DNA of 64,000 bases from an uncultured Bacilli bacterium. Lineage in GTDB: Bacteria; Bacillota_I; Bacilli_A; RF39; UBA660. Under the pieces are notes generated by a model, which saw only the letters and a program-made list of their open reading frames with translations, did no database searches and was not told the DNA's origin. The stretch spans positions 55,117 to 119,116 of the forward strand of contig CAKOLB010000004.1 of the NCBI GenBank assembly GCA_934096125.1, in the 5' to 3' direction. Positions 60,464 through 64,000 of the stretch are shown one piece after another. Position numbers and translations under genes: made by a program. The first letter of the stretch is position 1, and every line of letters begins with the position of its first letter.

Positions 60464-62089
60464 GTGTATAACAATGTAATACAAGCACCAAGTTTTTATA
60501 GAGTAGGTATATATATCAGATTATCAGAAAGTGATGAAGATAAAACTTATGAGTCAGAGAGTGAAAGTATAATCAATCAAAGAAATTTATTAATGGATTA
60601 TGTAAAAATGAGTGGATTTACTTTGGTTGATGAGTATGTAGATGATGGATTTACAGGAACTAACTTTGATAGGCCTTCTTTTCAAAGATTATTAAAAGAT
60701 ATTGAAAGTGGTCGAATCAATTGTGTAATCACAAAAGACTTATCAAGATTAGGTAGAGATTATATTCAATGTGGATATTATGTAGAACAATATTTTCCAC
60801 AAAAGAAAATTAGATATATTTCTATACTAGATCAAGTTGATACATTTCTAGAAAGTGCTAATAATGACATTGCTCCATTTAAAGCTTTGTTTAATGATAT
60901 GACTAGTAAGGATACTTCTAAGAAGATTCGTTCAATATTAAAAAATAAAAAAGAACAGGGTAAATTTATTGGAAGCAAACCATGTTATGGATATATGAGA
61001 GATCCACTTGATAAAGGACATTTAATACCCAATCCAGAAGTTGCTCCTGTTGTTAAAAGGATATTTAAAATGGCTCATTCTGGAACTGGAGTAAGTGATA
61101 TAGTATCATACTTAAATGATAATAAGATATTAAGCCCTAGTATGTATAAAAATACTAAATCATCTTCAAGACAAAAAGTGAATGTATGGACAATATCCTC
61201 AGTCAACAAATTACTAAAAAATAGAATGTATACAGGAGATATGGTACAAAATGTTCAAACTAAGTTAAGTTATAAATCTCAGAAGAAAGTTGCTTTAGAA
61301 AAAGAGTTTTGGATAATAGTTGAAAATACTCATGAACCTCTTGTTAGTAAAACAGTATTTGAAGCAATACAAAATGCTCCTGCTAGAGTAAGGACAACCC
61401 ATTGTAATAGAGAAAAAAGATTATTAGAAAATCTTCTTGTTTGCAAAGAATGTGGAAACTCTTTAAGCGTTCTTTATAGAAAAAATAAAAATTATAAGGG
61501 TGGAAAGTATTGGAGTGTTAATTGCAATAAATATGCAAGAGATCCAAGAAGACATTTGTGCTATCCACACTTCTTTCCTTATGATAAACTAGAAGAAAAA
61601 ATAATGAGTGTTATTAAAACTACTTGTCAAAAATATTTAGATAGTTTAAATATCAAAGAATTATCTGAAAGAGTATTACAAGATAGAGCAAAGGAAAAGA
61701 ATGATAGGCAAAAGGAAAAGCAACAATTATTAAATGAGATTGATGAATTAAAAAGAAAATCTGATGCTTTATATGATGACAAATTTAATGGAATAATAAG
61801 TGTTGATACTTATACAAGAATCTCTGCACAAACTGAAAAACAAATATCAGCCTTAAATTATAGAATTTATGAAATAGATAATGAAGAAAATCAGATTAAA
61901 GAAGATACAAAAGAAATAACTAAATATGAAGAACAAATAAAATCACTTTTAAATTTAGATGAACCCAACAGAGAACTCATAAAAACTTTAGTAAAAAAAA
62001 TTTATATAGATAAAGATAGAAATATAGAAATTCAATATAGATTTAAGGTGCTAGATGATATAAAAACTAATTATGAAGAAATAAATTAA
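60464..62089 (+). CDS. Large serine recombinase (TnpX-like) of element 2, GTG start
   Basis: RVGIYIRLSESDED (catalytic Ser) ...SRLGRD, a recombinase domain, a zinc ribbon CKECGN...CNKYARDPRRHLC and a C-terminal coiled coil. RBS GGAAGGAG. Confidence 0.9.
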   Translation: MYNNVIQAPSFYRVGIYIRLSESDEDKTYESESESIINQRNLLMDYVKMSGFTLVDEYVDDGFTGTNFDRPSFQRLLKDIESGRINCVITKDLSRLGRDYIQCGYYVEQYFPQKKIRYISILDQVDTFLESANNDIAPFKALFNDMTSKDTSKKIRSILKNKKEQGKFIGSKPCYGYMRDPLDKGHLIPNPEVAPVVKRIFKMAHSGTGVSDIVSYLNDNKILSPSMYKNTKSSSRQKVNVWTISSVNKLLKNRMYTGDMVQNVQTKLSYKSQKKVALEKEFWIIVENTHEPLVSKTVFEAIQNAPARVRTTHCNREKRLLENLLVCKECGNSLSVLYRKNKNYKGGKYWSVNCNKYARDPRRHLCYPHFFPYDKLEEKIMSVIKTTCQKYLDSLNIKELSERVLQDRAKEKNDRQKEKQQLLNEIDELKRKSDALYDDKFNGIISVDTYTRISAQTEKQISALNYRIYEIDNEENQIKEDTKEITKYEEQIKSLLNLDEPNRELIKTLVKKIYIDKDRNIEIQYRFKVLDDIKTNYEEIN

Positions 62090-62218
62090 ATAATAAAAAT
62101 AGGGTGGTAAAATTTGGTAATCACACAATCTTACCATCCCCTATACTATTTTTAGAAAAAATAAAAACGCAGTAAAATCAAGAAAAATGATAGCCTAATC
62201 ACATAAAATCTTTCCGGA

Positions 62219-63133
62219 GGTGGCGATGGTGCAGAAGTAATATATGCTCTTAGAAATAATGATGTATTTGCAAGTAAAATTGCAAGAGAACTAGAGAGTG
62301 CAGGACAAAATATTAGAAAATATTATCAGAGAAGACTTCCAAGTAATCCAGCGAAAGATTATTATTATATAATGCGAGATACTCCTAATAATGAAACTGT
62401 AATTGTAGAGTATGGGTTTGCAGATTCTACTGGTGATGATGTTGAGCAGTTAAAAAATACTTGGGAAAACTTAGCAGAAGCGGTGGTTAAAGCAATTACT
62501 GAGTATGCTGGCGGTACTTATACACTTCCAAATACGGGCAATTATTACATAGTTAAAAGTGGTGATAGTCTATGGAGCATATCCAAAAAAACAGATGTTT
62601 CTATTGCCAAGATTAAGGAACTTAATAATCTTAAGAGTAATTTGTTAAGTATTGGTCAGAAATTAACATTACCACAAACAAGTGAAGATACCCCATCGCT
62701 AGATACATATATTGTTCAAAAAGGCGATAGTTTATATAAAATCGCTAACAAGTTTAATACTACTGTTGATAACTTAAAACTTATTAACAATCTTCAAAGC
62801 AATAATTTAGCTATAGGTCAAAAATTAAAGGTAAGTAGTAGTGAAAACAAATACACAGTGCAAAAAGGTGATACACTATACAGCATTGCCACTAAATTTT
62901 CTGTTAGTGTAGATTCATTAAAAAACGCTAATAATTTAGTTAGTAACACAATTGCCGTTGGTCAATCCTTAATTATCCCAGAACAAAAAACAACTAAAAC
63001 TTATACGGTTCAAAAAGGCGATAATCTTTATAGCATAGCAAGGCGATATAATACGACTGTAAATACAATAATGTCTTTAAATAATCTAGCTTCAACTAAT
63101 TTAACTATCGGTCAAAAGCTACTTGTTCCGTAA
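62219..63133 (+). pseudogene. Segment C (~305 codons) of the interrupted amidase gene: Amidase_3 C-terminal part plus four LysM repeats
   Basis: DGAEVIYALRNN...YIMRDTPNNETVIVEYGFADS, then four LysM repeats (YIVKSGDSLWSIS..., YIVQKGDSLYKIA..., YTVQKGDTLYSIA..., YTVQKGDNLYSIA...). It is in frame with segment B across the GA junction. Confidence 0.75.
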
Positions 63134-63186
63134 ATGTATAAAAACCCCGTTTTTCAAAAGCGAGGTTTTTATATGTAATTTTAAAA

Positions 63187-63867
63187 TTATTTTTTCTTTT
63201 TGGTGTGTTTTAAAAATCCTCTAGTTTTATTTTTAATAATTTTAGTCATATTAGGGAAAGCTTTAATGATTCTTTCATACATAAAAGGATTAATAATAAC
63301 AAGTTTTTTAATAGCTTTGTTGATGTCTTCAGTTGAGTCTTTTCTCAAATTTTTGGTAATACTTTTGATATTAAAAACAACGTTGCAAGTTATAATGATA
63401 TCAAAAAGAAATATGAATAAAATGACAATACTACTAAGTTCTTTTATATTAGGTGGTATTTTGGTTATAGCGTTATAGATAAATGGGTGAATGTAGTTTA
63501 GAAAGATAACTCCCGTTAAGGCAAAAGGAACCATAGTTTCTAAACATATTCTACCATTTATATTAAATTTCATATCGGAGTAATCCCACCATCTAAGTTT
63601 AAATATTTTTTCCATTAAAAAGCTGGTAAGATACTCAACTAATGAACATATAAACATAATTAAAACGAAAAGAACTAAGTAGTTATCTTTGTATTTGTCA
63701 AGCAGCCACACTAAAAGAAGACATCCCGCTCCATAGATTGGACAATATGGACCAATTAGAAAACCTCGATTGATTAATTTTTTTTCTTTAAAAAAAGTAA
63801 AGACTATTTCTATTAACCAACCAAAAAAAGAATATATAATAAATAGTAAAAAGTATGTGTATATCAT
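63187..63867 (-). CDS. Hypothetical polytopic membrane protein
   Basis: 226 aa with 5-6 predicted TM helices, convergent with the amidase gene. Confidence 0.45.
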   Translation of the reverse strand: MIYTYFLLFIIYSFFGWLIEIVFTFFKEKKLINRGFLIGPYCPIYGAGCLLLVWLLDKYKDNYLVLFVLIMFICSLVEYLTSFLMEKIFKLRWWDYSDMKFNINGRICLETMVPFALTGVIFLNYIHPFIYNAITKIPPNIKELSSIVILFIFLFDIIITCNVVFNIKSITKNLRKDSTEDINKAIKKLVIINPFMYERIIKAFPNMTKIIKNKTRGFLKHTKKKK

Positions 63868-64000
63868 TTTTGTTCTCCCTTACTACTATCTATTATACAT
63901 TAATAACTTTTCTTTGCAAATATTAATGTAGCTTAGTGCATACACCAGCATTAGGATTATAAAAACAATGACTTTTGTACCTTCCCGCTAGGTCTTGATT

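Larger units (their letters stand above)
50807..62218 (+). mobile_element. Integrated element 2 (~11.4 kb, large serine recombinase at the right end) carrying an R-M and Hachiman-like defence island, inserted in the same amidase gene
   Basis: The left junction gcagggggA|cagg and right junction ccggA|ggtggcgatggt both end in GA. Joining the flanks gives AAT GCA GGG GGA GGT GGC GAT GGT GCA GAA (NAGGGGDGAEV), a typical Amidase_3 motif. Confidence 0.7.

Noticed and set aside
60279-60491. Two small minus-strand ORFs upstream of the second recombinase
   Set aside because: They are hydrophobic, low-complexity and overlap the recombinase RBS and start region, so they are likely spurious.
63200-63478. 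Plus-strand 92-aa ORF
   Set aside because: It is antisense to the more convincing 226-aa membrane protein gene on the minus strand.

Overview
This window is low-GC (about 28-30% GC) chromosomal DNA from an endospore-forming Firmicute. The first ~42 kb is a conserved housekeeping and sporulation backbone, and the last ~22 kb holds two adjacent integrated mobile elements that interrupt an amidase gene.

Backbone, in order (gene order closely resembles the Bacillus subtilis mfd/spoVT and metS-yabD-yabE-ksgA-yabG-veg regions):
- mfd C-terminus, spoVT/abrB, dut, metG, tatD, yabE-like 3D protein, ksgA, yabG, veg, yabP, yabQ, divIC, clpP, udk-like kinase, gap.
- ftsE, ftsX and an M23 peptidase, then gerQ-like, yitT, yvcK, whiA, nrdG-like, truA, rplM and rpsI.
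- An rRNA methyltransferase, an HD protein, a ttcA-like PP-loop ATPase and cwlD.
- A cluster of zinc-ribbon, WG-repeat and VWA surface proteins, then an Abi_2 gene overlapping htrA, an RDD protein, marR and a two-gene ABC exporter.

Mobile-element region:
- A single N-acetylmuramoyl-L-alanine amidase gene (Amidase_3 domain plus four LysM repeats) is cut into three pieces (42201-42247, ~50577-50806, ~62219-63133) by the two elements, which lie back to back in the same orientation. Each element ends in a large serine recombinase of the TnpX / Tn4451 type.
- Element 1 (~42.25-50.58 kb) carries a MobV/Pre relaxase, a 743-aa ABC-type ATPase with a central CxxC motif (RloC/PrrC-like candidate), two XRE regulators and small membrane or zinc-ribbon proteins. 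It also has a winged-helix gene whose start codon is ATA rather than ATG.
- Element 2 (~50.81-62.22 kb) carries a defence island: a Sau3AI-like restriction endonuclease and a cytosine-5 DNA methyltransferase, a possible second BglII-family endonuclease, and a Hachiman-like HamA (PD-(D/E)xK) plus HamB (SF2 helicase) pair. It also carries a metallophosphoesterase and a second winged-helix paralog.

No rRNA, tRNA or CRISPR arrays were seen.
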